64,000 bases of DNA from NCBI GenBank assembly GCA_020352495.1, contig CP070677.1, forward strand, positions 2,577,501-2,641,500. Direction: 5' to 3'. The number at the start of each line of letters is the position of its first letter. Within the stretch, counting starts at the first letter, position 1. The stretch comes from Candidatus Latescibacterota bacterium (lineage in GTDB: Bacteria > Krumholzibacteriota > Krumholzibacteriia > WVZY01). Under the pieces are notes generated by a model, which was not told the origin of the DNA, did no database searches, and saw nothing but the letters and a program-made list of their open reading frames with translations. Made by a program: the position numbers and the translations under genes. Shown piece after piece: positions 39,830 to 48,912 of the stretch.

Positions 39830-41050
39830 ATGGACGAGATGAAAGACAGCCCACACACTCGTACGCCACAATCCGCCCCCTCTCACGAGGCGGCGTCGGA
39901 ACGAGTCCCGACAACGATCAGACAGAACATCCGTCAAATGCGGTTCAATCTTGCGGAACTCTCAGGCTCAATGGGTGACCTGGGGACGTTTCTCCCGCTG
40001 GTCGCCGGGATGGCGTTTGTTTGTGAAATGGACCTCGGGGTCATTCTGATTCTTGCCGGTATTGCCAACATAACCGTTGGAATCGTCTTTGGCATGCCGG
40101 TGCCCGTACAGCCGATGAAGGCGATCGCCGCTGTCGCGGTTGCCGAATCGCTTCTCCCCGACCAAATAGCAGCCGCCGGTCTAATCGTCGGGGCGGTCAT
40201 GTTGGCTCTCGGAGCGACACGGATCGTCCAATATGTTGAAAAAGTCATCCCGCTCCCCGTGGTAAGAGGGATACAGCTGGGTGTCGGACTCAAGCTAATG
40301 TTGCAGGCCGTACGTCTCGTGGCCGAGACCTCTTGGATCGGTCTGGACAGCGTGGCGGTCGGTCTTGGCGCCGCCTGTCTCATTGTGTTTGTGAACCGGT
40401 GGAAAAGATCTCCCGGTGCGCTCGTTCTGTTTGCCGCAGGTGTCGTCGTCGCCCTGTTGGAGACCCCGGCGCTTACACGATCCCTCTCGATCGGGGCACC
40501 AGAGTTTGTTTTCATCCTTCCGTCGGCGCGCTCCTGGTTCGACGGTTTTGTTCATGGCGCGGTTCCCCAGCTCCCTCTCACCGTGCTCAATTCCGTAATT
40601 GCCGTCTGCGCGTTAAGCGGTGATCTATTTCCCGGACGCCGCATACCGGCACCCACGATGGCCTCGTCCGTTGGACTCATGAATTTGCTCACATGTTGGT
40701 TTGGGGCCGTCCCCATGTGTCACGGATCGGGCGGACTTGCCGGGCAGTACTACTTTGGCGCCAGGAGCGGTGGCTCCATGGTGATGTTGGGAATCATCAA
40801 TCTCACCGTTGGACTCGTTCTTGGAGCCGCAGCAGCAGCCATCATCCACGCTTACCCCCGGTCGTTTCTTGGGGTGATGCTCTTTTTCGCCGGATTTGAG
40901 CTGGCCAAACCGGCGCGCGATCAGAGGGGTGGACGAGAGATATCGATCACAATAGTCACCGCGGCGCTGATCGTCGGTATCAATACGCTCGTCGGATTCG
41001 CGACCGGGATGGCACTGGCAGCCGTGTTGTCGCTCAGACGTACTCGCTAG
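39830..41050 (+). CDS. MOT1-family (PF16983-like) molybdate transporter, polytopic membrane protein
   Basis: Signature ELSGSMGDLGTFLPL near the N-terminus, which I recall as the conserved MOT1 motif. About 10 predicted TM segments. Sits directly downstream of mobB. Confidence 0.6.
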   Translation: MDEMKDSPHTRTPQSAPSHEAASERVPTTIRQNIRQMRFNLAELSGSMGDLGTFLPLVAGMAFVCEMDLGVILILAGIANITVGIVFGMPVPVQPMKAIAAVAVAESLLPDQIAAAGLIVGAVMLALGATRIVQYVEKVIPLPVVRGIQLGVGLKLMLQAVRLVAETSWIGLDSVAVGLGAACLIVFVNRWKRSPGALVLFAAGVVVALLETPALTRSLSIGAPEFVFILPSARSWFDGFVHGAVPQLPLTVLNSVIAVCALSGDLFPGRRIPAPTMASSVGLMNLLTCWFGAVPMCHGSGGLAGQYYFGARSGGSMVMLGIINLTVGLVLGAAAAAIIHAYPRSFLGVMLFFAGFELAKPARDQRGGREISITIVTAALIVGINTLVGFATGMALAAVLSLRRTR

Positions 41051-41346
41051 ACGGATTCGACTCTCCAAACCCCATGTAGGCGTAGGATATCGCCCAAAAT
41101 GATGCACGACTGACGCCTACGAACACTCCCCGGCGCCAATCGTAGGCGGGTAGGACGAGGAGCCGACACCCGCATGGAATCGCAACAAACCCACCCAGGC
41201 ACCCCGGATCGTCCGCCAAGACGGGCGGGCCCCCATCTTCTCCACGACCGATTTGACCCATACGGGCGGGCATTAACGCTTGAAAATAATAAGCTATTGT
41301 GATAAAATAGCTTTCAAGGCATTGGGAAAAAACTAGGGAGAGACAC

Positions 41347-42282
41347 GTGGCTTCTGCGGCCCTTTTGAGAAGAATCGGGTGTGCAGCCCTATTTCTCTTC
41401 CTGGCGTCACCTGTGTCGGCGCAGCTTGAGGACCAGTTATCATCATACACAGGTCGGAATGCCTCTGGTTATCTCGAGCCCTTGGTGGATGCGTTCGCCG
41501 CAGATCTAAACGCCGGGCTCTACCATTCTGCGCACATTTCAAGGGGGGGGCTTCAGGCAAGTATAGAGATCCTGTTCATGTCCGTGTTTTTCACGGACGA
41601 AGACAGAACGTTTACGGCCACAACCGAGGGTGGTTTTCAACCGCCCCAACAAACGTATGCTCCGACGGTCGTCGGAGCCAAGAAAGCCGTATACGTCGAC
41701 GGCGTTGCCGGGACGAAGTTTGCGTTTCCAGGAGGATTCGATCTCAATTCGTTTTCTTTTGCCGTGCCGCAGCTTCGTGTGGGCTCTCTTTACGGAACTG
41801 AAGCGCTCATCCGGTTCGGACTGTATTACACCGGAAACGCGGACGTCGAGACCCCGATGCTTTATGGGTTTGGTCTTCGACACAGCGTTTCACAGTATAT
41901 ACGACAGCACGTGAGCGATCGCTTCCCCGTCCGTTTGGCTGTCGGGGCGTTCTGGCAGCGTTTTTCGATGGGGGAAAACGAAAGGGGTGATGATTTACTA
42001 GTAGCTGACGCGTTATCCGTGGGACTCCACATGAGTAAGCGATTTACGAGATTGGAGCCTTACGCGGGTGTATCCTACGAGACCTTCTCAACCGAAGTGT
42101 CATACCTGGGAGAATCGCCCGATGATGAAATCAATCTTACGCTCGAGTCAGAGGACCATGTCCGTCTCACACTCGGGTTATCATACAACATCGCTTTCGT
42201 GGTCGCGCACGGGGAGTACAACATTGGTGGCCAGAACGCTTTCGCATTGGGGCTGGCCTTGCAACATCGTCCGTCAGAATAG
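41347..42282 (+). CDS. secreted putative outer-membrane beta-barrel protein
   Basis: GTG start with RBS gggagag. Signal peptide AALFLFLASPVSAQ. Alternating amphipathic beta-strand pattern. Ends with an aromatic-rich terminal strand. Confidence 0.5.
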   Translation: MASAALLRRIGCAALFLFLASPVSAQLEDQLSSYTGRNASGYLEPLVDAFAADLNAGLYHSAHISRGGLQASIEILFMSVFFTDEDRTFTATTEGGFQPPQQTYAPTVVGAKKAVYVDGVAGTKFAFPGGFDLNSFSFAVPQLRVGSLYGTEALIRFGLYYTGNADVETPMLYGFGLRHSVSQYIRQHVSDRFPVRLAVGAFWQRFSMGENERGDDLLVADALSVGLHMSKRFTRLEPYAGVSYETFSTEVSYLGESPDDEINLTLESEDHVRLTLGLSYNIAFVVAHGEYNIGGQNAFALGLALQHRPSE

Positions 42283-42294
42283 GAGTGTGACAGT

Positions 42295-42915
42295 ATGAGG
42301 GTCGCAAAAATAGTCATGTTGCCAGTCGTTTGCATGCTCATTTTCGCAAGCGGCTGCGTTTATGACGAGCTGGCAAGTGAGGTTGTCGTCACTGAGAAGG
42401 TTGTTGTTCAATTCAAGGAGCACCGGGTGAGTCCGGACATCAATAGTGCGGTGGTGTGCGATCGTTTTCGGCAGCGGCTGCTTGGAATTCTCGATGATCA
42501 TGGTGCCACGCTCGACGATATCGTGAGCATCACGATGGTGAGCGGCCAATACAAAGTCGCCAAGCCCGCGAAGGATAAGTCCATCGACTGGACGGTCGCG
42601 GGTGACGTCACCGTCGCGCGTCAGGATGACCCGAGCGGTCCCGTCACCGAGGGTCCGGAAACGTTTGTGAACTTTACCACTCAGCCGCTACAACCGGCCA
42701 AGAGCACACCGATCTATGCGGATCTGAATTCAGCCGGTGTGACAGTGATCAACAACGCGCTGGAGGATCTTCGCAACGGTGGGGATCCCCGTCTTGTCCT
42801 CAACATGGGGAGTGACAATATCACACCCGCTCCGAGCCCATCGAACCCGCTCGATTTTAGTTGGCTCGCGATGGTGACGTTCCAGGTCGTCATTGACATG
42901 GACAAGACAGAATAG
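42295..42915 (+). CDS. lipoprotein, paralog A of tandem pair
   Basis: Lipobox IFASGC. About 50% identical to the next gene (shared CVYDELASEVVVTEK..., GPVTEGPETFVNFT, IYADLNS.GV, DPRL, FSW...TFQVVI). Confidence 0.65.
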   Translation: MRVAKIVMLPVVCMLIFASGCVYDELASEVVVTEKVVVQFKEHRVSPDINSAVVCDRFRQRLLGILDDHGATLDDIVSITMVSGQYKVAKPAKDKSIDWTVAGDVTVARQDDPSGPVTEGPETFVNFTTQPLQPAKSTPIYADLNSAGVTVINNALEDLRNGGDPRLVLNMGSDNITPAPSPSNPLDFSWLAMVTFQVVIDMDKTE

Positions 42916-43014
42916 AAAATAGCCGTGCTCTAAATTGGGTAACCTGACAACTTAGGCAGGGGGCGCGTGTCTTAGCGGCCCCCTCTGCATCACTGGAACC
43001 AGGAGCGTATACCC

Positions 43015-43638
43015 ATGAAGACACATGTCATGCGACTTGTCGTTCTTCCGGTCTTCTGCCTGCTCACTCTCGCCGGGGGTTGTGTATACGACGACTTAAC
43101 GAGCGAGATGGTGGTCACCGAAAAGATCTGTGTAACCCTTGACGAGTACCGCGAAAGCGGGACCCTCGGGAGTGCAGTCGTTTGTGACCAGATTGCCGAT
43201 CGCGTCTACAAGCTGCTCGATAAACACAATTCCAAGGTAAAGGATATCAAGAGCATCGGCGTGATCAGCGGAACTTATCGGGCGGCCCGGCCGTCGCAGG
43301 CCGACCACGATTGGACGATTACATCCGAAGTCACGATAAAGAGGCAGGACAACCCGGCCGGACCGGTCACCGATGGCCCTGAGACGTTTGTCAATTTGAC
43401 GAGCCAATCGCTTCGCGCGGCGCAGGGCGGGCCCATTTACGCCGATCTAAACTCCGACGGCGTCGGCCTCATTGCGAGAGCGTTGGGCGATTTGTTGCTC
43501 GGTGAGGATCCTCGTCTCATCGTCACGATGGAAGGGGGCACGATCGATCCGGAACCCACGCCGGCGGATCCGCTGTCGTTTAGCTGGCGTGTCTGCGTGA
43601 CGTTTCAGGTGGTCATTGAGAAGCACCTGAACAAATAA
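43015..43638 (+). CDS. lipoprotein, paralog B of tandem pair
   Basis: Lipobox LTLAGGC. Colinear homology with the 42295..42915 product. Confidence 0.65.
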   Translation: MKTHVMRLVVLPVFCLLTLAGGCVYDDLTSEMVVTEKICVTLDEYRESGTLGSAVVCDQIADRVYKLLDKHNSKVKDIKSIGVISGTYRAARPSQADHDWTITSEVTIKRQDNPAGPVTDGPETFVNLTSQSLRAAQGGPIYADLNSDGVGLIARALGDLLLGEDPRLIVTMEGGTIDPEPTPADPLSFSWRVCVTFQVVIEKHLNK

Positions 43639-43734
43639 ACCCGAGTCCGTACGGTCTTAGCACACAATCGCCACAACAACGACCCCAACACGCCGTGATT
43701 TGTGGGGAGGGGTGTTGTGTGGCGTTTCGTGTTT

Positions 43735-45123
43735 TTACTCCGTGACACGTCGTGCACTCTGTCCGGTCGGATCCAGCCCAGCAATTGCCATGGCCAGATC
43801 GTTGGACATTTGCCCGCGTGGTGTTGGGATCTCCATGTCCATGTAGTATTCGCACCGGTCGATCAACTCTCCCACCGCAGCACCCACCACCGCGTAGACA
43901 AAGAATCTCTCAAATTCGAATGCCACGACGGCGGTCGGGACGACCAGGCCTATGAAGACCCGTGTGAGAGACAGGGCCCATCTCGGGTTCCCGCGGTGCG
44001 TTCTCAGATGATGCTTCCCAATCGCGTACAAAATGAGTCTGAGCACGGCGAGCGTAACGACCGTGGGGACATCCCTCGCAATGAGACCGGCGACAAACAA
44101 ACCGACGAGAACCACCTGACCACTGTGCTGGTTCAGCCCCCTCGCCCCGGTCACACCATACAACCGGTCCATGGCGAACAACGCGGCAAAGCCGATCCCG
44201 GCACACATCCAACCCACCGAGCTCAGGTGGGGCACCCCGATCAGGTAAAGCGTGGCCGCTGCCAAAAACAAAGGAAACAGGATGACTTCGCGGCTAAGCC
44301 ATGACTGCCTCCAGTTGAGCATCGCCCGGTGGGCGCGTCTCTTCCTTCCAATGTGGAGCGTGCTGAGCAGGAAGCCAGCGACTCCGGCTGTCAAAAACAG
44401 GGCGGGGTCGATCCTCACCGTTGAGACAACTGTCGCTGTCAGGTATCCGGTCATCCACGCAGCAATCAGTGTGAAAACGACCAAGCTCCATTCGTTGCTC
44501 AGCGAAATCTTCCTGTCACGAGTGGTTTTCCGGTCGTCCCCGACCGAAACGGACAAACCCGTCCCCCCACTGCCACTGGCCCTTGGGAACGATCGTTCCT
44601 CCCGCAAATCCACAAACTGGATCGCCGGTTTGGCACCGCTGTCGGGAAATCCGAGAGTATTGCGGTTCCCGTCTTGCAGATTGTCGTCAGCGATCCCCAA
44701 CGCCCCCGTCGGGCAGAGCGACACGCACACGGGGTCCTCCCCTACGCTCAGGCGGTGTTCGCAGAACGTGCACTTCTCCATCACTTCCGCCACAGGATCG
44801 AACTGCGGCGCGTCGTATGGACACACCCACGAACAGTATTTGCAGCCGATACAGAGTTCTTTGTCTATTGTGACCGCACCGGTCACGGGATCCTTCGAGT
44901 ATGCCAGCGCCGGGCAGTACTTCATACATGGCGGGTCCAGGCAGTGGTAACACGCCCGCGAGTGATGAAATACGGGTATCCCTGGAATCCGTGCGGCGTT
45001 GAACGTGTTTATCCGCCGCCACGCCATCCCGATCGGGAGCTCGTTCTCGATGGCGCACGCTATCTGACAAGCCGAGCAGCCCGTGCATTTGTTTACGTCG
45101 AACAAAAATCCCTTCTGCATCAC
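43735..45123 (-). CDS. 4Fe-4S ferredoxin-type (DmsB/PsrB-like, 4-cluster) subunit fused to C-terminal polytopic membrane-anchor domain
   Basis: N-terminal CTGCSACQIAC, CYHCLDPPCMKYCP, CIGCKYCSWVCP, CTFCEHR...CVSLCP cluster motifs. C-terminal ~250 aa has about 7 TM helices. 4-nt overlap with the upstream Mo catalytic subunit. Confidence 0.75.
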   Translation of the reverse strand: MMQKGFLFDVNKCTGCSACQIACAIENELPIGMAWRRINTFNAARIPGIPVFHHSRACYHCLDPPCMKYCPALAYSKDPVTGAVTIDKELCIGCKYCSWVCPYDAPQFDPVAEVMEKCTFCEHRLSVGEDPVCVSLCPTGALGIADDNLQDGNRNTLGFPDSGAKPAIQFVDLREERSFPRASGSGGTGLSVSVGDDRKTTRDRKISLSNEWSLVVFTLIAAWMTGYLTATVVSTVRIDPALFLTAGVAGFLLSTLHIGRKRRAHRAMLNWRQSWLSREVILFPLFLAAATLYLIGVPHLSSVGWMCAGIGFAALFAMDRLYGVTGARGLNQHSGQVVLVGLFVAGLIARDVPTVVTLAVLRLILYAIGKHHLRTHRGNPRWALSLTRVFIGLVVPTAVVAFEFERFFVYAVVGAAVGELIDRCEYYMDMEIPTPRGQMSNDLAMAIAGLDPTGQSARRVTE

Positions 45124-47180
45124 CGCGCTCTTTCGACCTCCACAAGGGCGTCATGAAACGCCGCGCCATGCGCCATATCCGTCTCGCGCCCCAGGGAACA
45201 GATATTGACCGTTCCGCCTTCCGAGATCCACCAGCCGTTGGTGACCGAGACACATCCCCTCTTGATGCTATAGTCGTAACGTGCCTCGAGCTCGATCGAT
45301 CCCCGTTCGTTGAACACCCGCACCATTGTCCGATCCGTTATCCCTCTACTCCTGGCGTCCTCGGGGTGTATCTCGACAAAAGGGGCAGGACTGAGATCAC
45401 GAATCATATCCAGATTATTGAACTGTGAGTGGATCCTGTCTTTCGTGTTTGGCGTGAGAAAATAAAGCGGATATTTTCCCGACTCCGGTGTTTTTTGCCG
45501 GATCGACTCCTCTGGCTCCACGTACGTCGGGAGCGGATCGACGCCCCACCAATCTTTCGCCTGTTGTGACACCAGTTCGATCTTTCCCGATGGTGTCTGG
45601 AACACCATGTCCGAGAACGCCACCTCCTCTTGCCCTGGCGCCAATACCGGTCCCTCTCTCAGCCGCTCGATTGAAAGTTCGGGAAACGGCTCGAGCTTTT
45701 TTTTAAGAAAAGCCTCGACGTCGGCATCCGTCGGGCCTGGGATACACTCCTCTATTATATCCTTTTCCGGAATGCCAAGACGCTGGGCCAGCCTGAAATA
45801 CATCTCGGACTCGGGTTTCACATTACCGGGTGGGTCCATCACCTTCTGTTTGAGCTGAATGTACGTGTGCCAATAGGCGTTGATCACATCCGTCTGTTCG
45901 AACATCGTTTTGGCAGGAAGAACGATGTCGGCTTCTCGCGCCGTGTCGGTCAAAAACTGTTCAACAACGACGCGAAAATCCAGCGACCGAAATGCCTCGA
46001 GCACCGTGTCGGTCTCCGGATTCTGTGTGACCGGATTTCCACGTTCGACCCACACCATCTTGAGCGGTGGATCATCGGTTTCGATCATGTCCCGCCCGAG
46101 TTTGGCTGTCGATACTGATACTCGAACGACACCATCCGGTTCTTTCGGGGGATAAAAGGCGATCGGGTCTTTCACCTTGTCGAATATATGGCTCTGGAGA
46201 TTGGCAAAGATCCATCCCGCTCCGGGTTTGCCGATGTTTCCCGTAATTGCCAGAAGCGCAAGGATCGCCCGCATCGTCTGCCCACTATTCGTGTAACGCT
46301 GCATCCCGAACCCCGCGTTGATCGTCACGGGTTTTACCTCTCCAATCAAACCGGCGATTTCGTGGATGTAACCGACGGGAACGTCGGAGATCTGCGAGGC
46401 CCTCTCCGGTGTCATCCCTTCGACCATCTCGGCAAACTCGGAGAACCCATGAACGTGGGCGTCGATGAACTCACCGTCGAGTTTGTCGTTTCGGATCAGA
46501 AGATGGGCGATGGCCAATGCCACTGCCCCGTCCGATCCCGGTCTAGGTTGTATGAGGAGCTGCGCCCGCTCGGATGATTCGGTTCGTCGTGGATCGATGA
46601 CGATCAACTTCGCCCCTCCATCGAGCGCCTCGTTGATAAAGGGCATCTGATGAATGTTTGTCTCAGCGGCGTTCTTCCCCCAGAGAACGATCAGCTTGGC
46701 CTTCGCGATATCCCATGGGGCGTTGTGCTTGTTCTCACCAAGCGTAAGCCTCGTCGCTTCGAGACCGGCCGACCAACACAGATCACCAAATGTCGTTGTG
46801 CATCCCCCGTAGAGCTTCCAGAACGCCGTCCCTACGATGTTCAACAACCCTTTTGTCCCGCTTCCGTTGTAATAAAAGACGCTCTGTGGCCCAAACGCGG
46901 CCCGGTAATGCCTGAGACGTTCCGCGATCGTCTCCAACGCCACATCCCATGAGATCGGCTCGAATTCGCCGCTCCAGCCAATTTTTCTCAGTGGATCGAG
47001 GATACGGTGTGGAGAGTGAACGCGCTCGATGTAACTGAGCCCCTTGAGACAGGGGCCTTCGCGTGTGGCTTGGTTTCCGGGATGGGATTCGATCCTTTTG
47101 AGGCGGTTGTTCTCCACGTACACCTTCATCGTGCACGTGCTGTAACAGTTGCGCGGACACCCCGTCGTATACACTTTCAT
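45120..47180 (-). CDS. molybdopterin (bis-MGD) oxidoreductase catalytic subunit, cytoplasmic (no TAT signal)
   Basis: N-terminal FeS motif CPRNCYSTC...C. MopB-family motifs (VLWGKNAAETN; LIVIDPRRTE). C-terminal molybdopterin-dinucleotide-binding domain (FVEIHPEDARSRGITDRTMVRVFNERGS). Confidence 0.85.
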   Translation of the reverse strand: MKVYTTGCPRNCYSTCTMKVYVENNRLKRIESHPGNQATREGPCLKGLSYIERVHSPHRILDPLRKIGWSGEFEPISWDVALETIAERLRHYRAAFGPQSVFYYNGSGTKGLLNIVGTAFWKLYGGCTTTFGDLCWSAGLEATRLTLGENKHNAPWDIAKAKLIVLWGKNAAETNIHQMPFINEALDGGAKLIVIDPRRTESSERAQLLIQPRPGSDGAVALAIAHLLIRNDKLDGEFIDAHVHGFSEFAEMVEGMTPERASQISDVPVGYIHEIAGLIGEVKPVTINAGFGMQRYTNSGQTMRAILALLAITGNIGKPGAGWIFANLQSHIFDKVKDPIAFYPPKEPDGVVRVSVSTAKLGRDMIETDDPPLKMVWVERGNPVTQNPETDTVLEAFRSLDFRVVVEQFLTDTAREADIVLPAKTMFEQTDVINAYWHTYIQLKQKVMDPPGNVKPESEMYFRLAQRLGIPEKDIIEECIPGPTDADVEAFLKKKLEPFPELSIERLREGPVLAPGQEEVAFSDMVFQTPSGKIELVSQQAKDWWGVDPLPTYVEPEESIRQKTPESGKYPLYFLTPNTKDRIHSQFNNLDMIRDLSPAPFVEIHPEDARSRGITDRTMVRVFNERGSIELEARYDYSIKRGCVSVTNGWWISEGGTVNICSLGRETDMAHGAAFHDALVEVERAR

Positions 47181-47201
47181 GCTCGCTGATGCTCCCGGTG
47201 T

Positions 47202-48131
47202 CTATCCCACGGAAAAGCTAATCGAGCCGAGTGCCCGTTCGAGCCTTTGGATCTGTTCACGGTCCAGTGGTGAAATTGGTGGCCGGACATTGCGCCAACC
47301 ATCACTTCCAGTGTGTTCCGCCATTACGTGCTTGAGCGCTGCAATCAACGGGAATTCGTCAAATGTCTGTCGGATCAGAGTTAGTCTTTGTTGAAGTTCG
47401 CGGACGTCGTCCGTTTGCCACCGGTTGTGAATCTCCGCAGCCAGACGACTCGTAACATTGATCGTTGCCGAAATGCACCCTGCCCCGCCCATCTCCAAGA
47501 GATCGAGAAGAAAAATCTCCGTCCCGGGAAACACCCGCAGACCGGGAAATGATTGACGGATCATTTTCATATGTCCGAAATCACCACCCGAGTCCTTGAT
47601 TCCCACGATGGTATCGGGATATGCCGTCGTCAGCCTCGAGATCAAATCGCGGTCCAACGGCACCCCGGTCATCTGAGGAAAATGATACAGATACATCTCC
47701 AGACGAGTATCACTCAACTGTTGTACAACTCGGGCATACGCGTCGTAAACACCGTTGTCGTCCACACCCTTGTAATAAAAGGGAGGTAACACGAGGACGC
47801 CACCTACGCCGAGATCCATCGCGTGCCTCGTCAGCAACACCGTATCGGGAAGTGCGCAACACCCCGTTCCCACGAGCAGTCTATTCGCGGGGATTCTATT
47901 TTTAACGAGGGTCTCCAACGCATCCATTCGCTCCTTGGCCGAAAATGACGTCGCCTCCCCAGTCGTTCCAAATACCGCGATACCGTCGCATCCATTACCA
48001 AGAAGCCACCCACAGTGATCCGCCAACGCGACGTGATCGACGGCGAGGTCCTTGGTTTCTGGTGTCAGGGTCGCTGCAAAAATTCCTGTCGGCAGCGTAC
48101 CTCTCTGCCCTTCCTGCTTTTCTACCATCAT
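47202..48131 (-). CDS. dihydrodipicolinate synthase/N-acetylneuraminate lyase family (class I aldolase, DapA-like)
   Basis: GIFAATLTPETKD...GIAVFGTTGEATS...YLYHFPQMTGV are DHDPS-family signatures. 21 nt upstream of the Mo-oxidoreductase on the same strand. Confidence 0.8.
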   Translation of the reverse strand: MMVEKQEGQRGTLPTGIFAATLTPETKDLAVDHVALADHCGWLLGNGCDGIAVFGTTGEATSFSAKERMDALETLVKNRIPANRLLVGTGCCALPDTVLLTRHAMDLGVGGVLVLPPFYYKGVDDNGVYDAYARVVQQLSDTRLEMYLYHFPQMTGVPLDRDLISRLTTAYPDTIVGIKDSGGDFGHMKMIRQSFPGLRVFPGTEIFLLDLLEMGGAGCISATINVTSRLAAEIHNRWQTDDVRELQQRLTLIRQTFDEFPLIAALKHVMAEHTGSDGWRNVRPPISPLDREQIQRLERALGSISFSVG

Positions 48132-48248
48132 CGAATCTCTCCTGCTTGTAGCTCTTGGATATGATTTCCGCGAGTTTTTCCAGACCGATTCATCCTATGT
48201 TTTGGCCACACCACAAATCCCCGAAGCGGCTCTCGTGGGGCGGCAACT

Positions 48249-48752
48249 CTACTTGGGATACTCTTGCACCTCGTCGTACATGTAGTCCACCTCGATCCCC
48301 GCCTCCCGGAGCATCTCCTCCGACTCTTCGGCGTTGTGGTATCTCCGCTCACAGACGACCCGCTCGATGCCGCAGTTGATCAGGAGCATCGTACACGTCC
48401 GGCACGGTGTCATCCTTGTGTAAATCGTCGCCCCCGCTATCGAGACGCCGATCCTCGCCGCCTGGCATATCGCGTTCTGTTCGGCGTGTACAGTCCTCAT
48501 ACAGTGTTCCGTTATCTCACCGTTCTCGTGAGTCACTTTCTTGATCTGGTGACCCACCTCGTCACAGTGTGAAAACCCGGTCGGCGAACCTACATACCCC
48601 GACACGATGAGTTGTTTGTCTCGGGCGATCACGCAGCCACTCTTTCCGCGGTCGCAAGTGGCCCGCTTGGAGATCGCGTTCGCCACCTCCATAAAGTAAT
48701 CGTCCCACGAAGGCCGACCGCTCTTTTTTTCACGTTCTTTTCTGTTTGCCAT
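48249..48752 (-). CDS. dCMP / cytidine-deoxycytidylate deaminase family protein
   Basis: Zn-binding HAEQNAI...PCRTCTMLL motifs. Start MANRKEREKK with RBS ggaggt. Confidence 0.8.
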   Translation of the reverse strand: MANRKEREKKSGRPSWDDYFMEVANAISKRATCDRGKSGCVIARDKQLIVSGYVGSPTGFSHCDEVGHQIKKVTHENGEITEHCMRTVHAEQNAICQAARIGVSIAGATIYTRMTPCRTCTMLLINCGIERVVCERRYHNAEESEEMLREAGIEVDYMYDEVQEYPK

Positions 48753-48912
48753 TAGTGAGACCTCCGACTGATTATTCACAGGCAGCCGAGTAACGAAGCT
48801 CGGCGTCTTGGTGAACCACTCCGGACAATAACTCGTCGCCGCCGAAAAGACACCCAACAGGACGCGGAATCGTATCTGAACCCGGTCAAATCAAACACCG
48901 TCGGCAGAGCGG

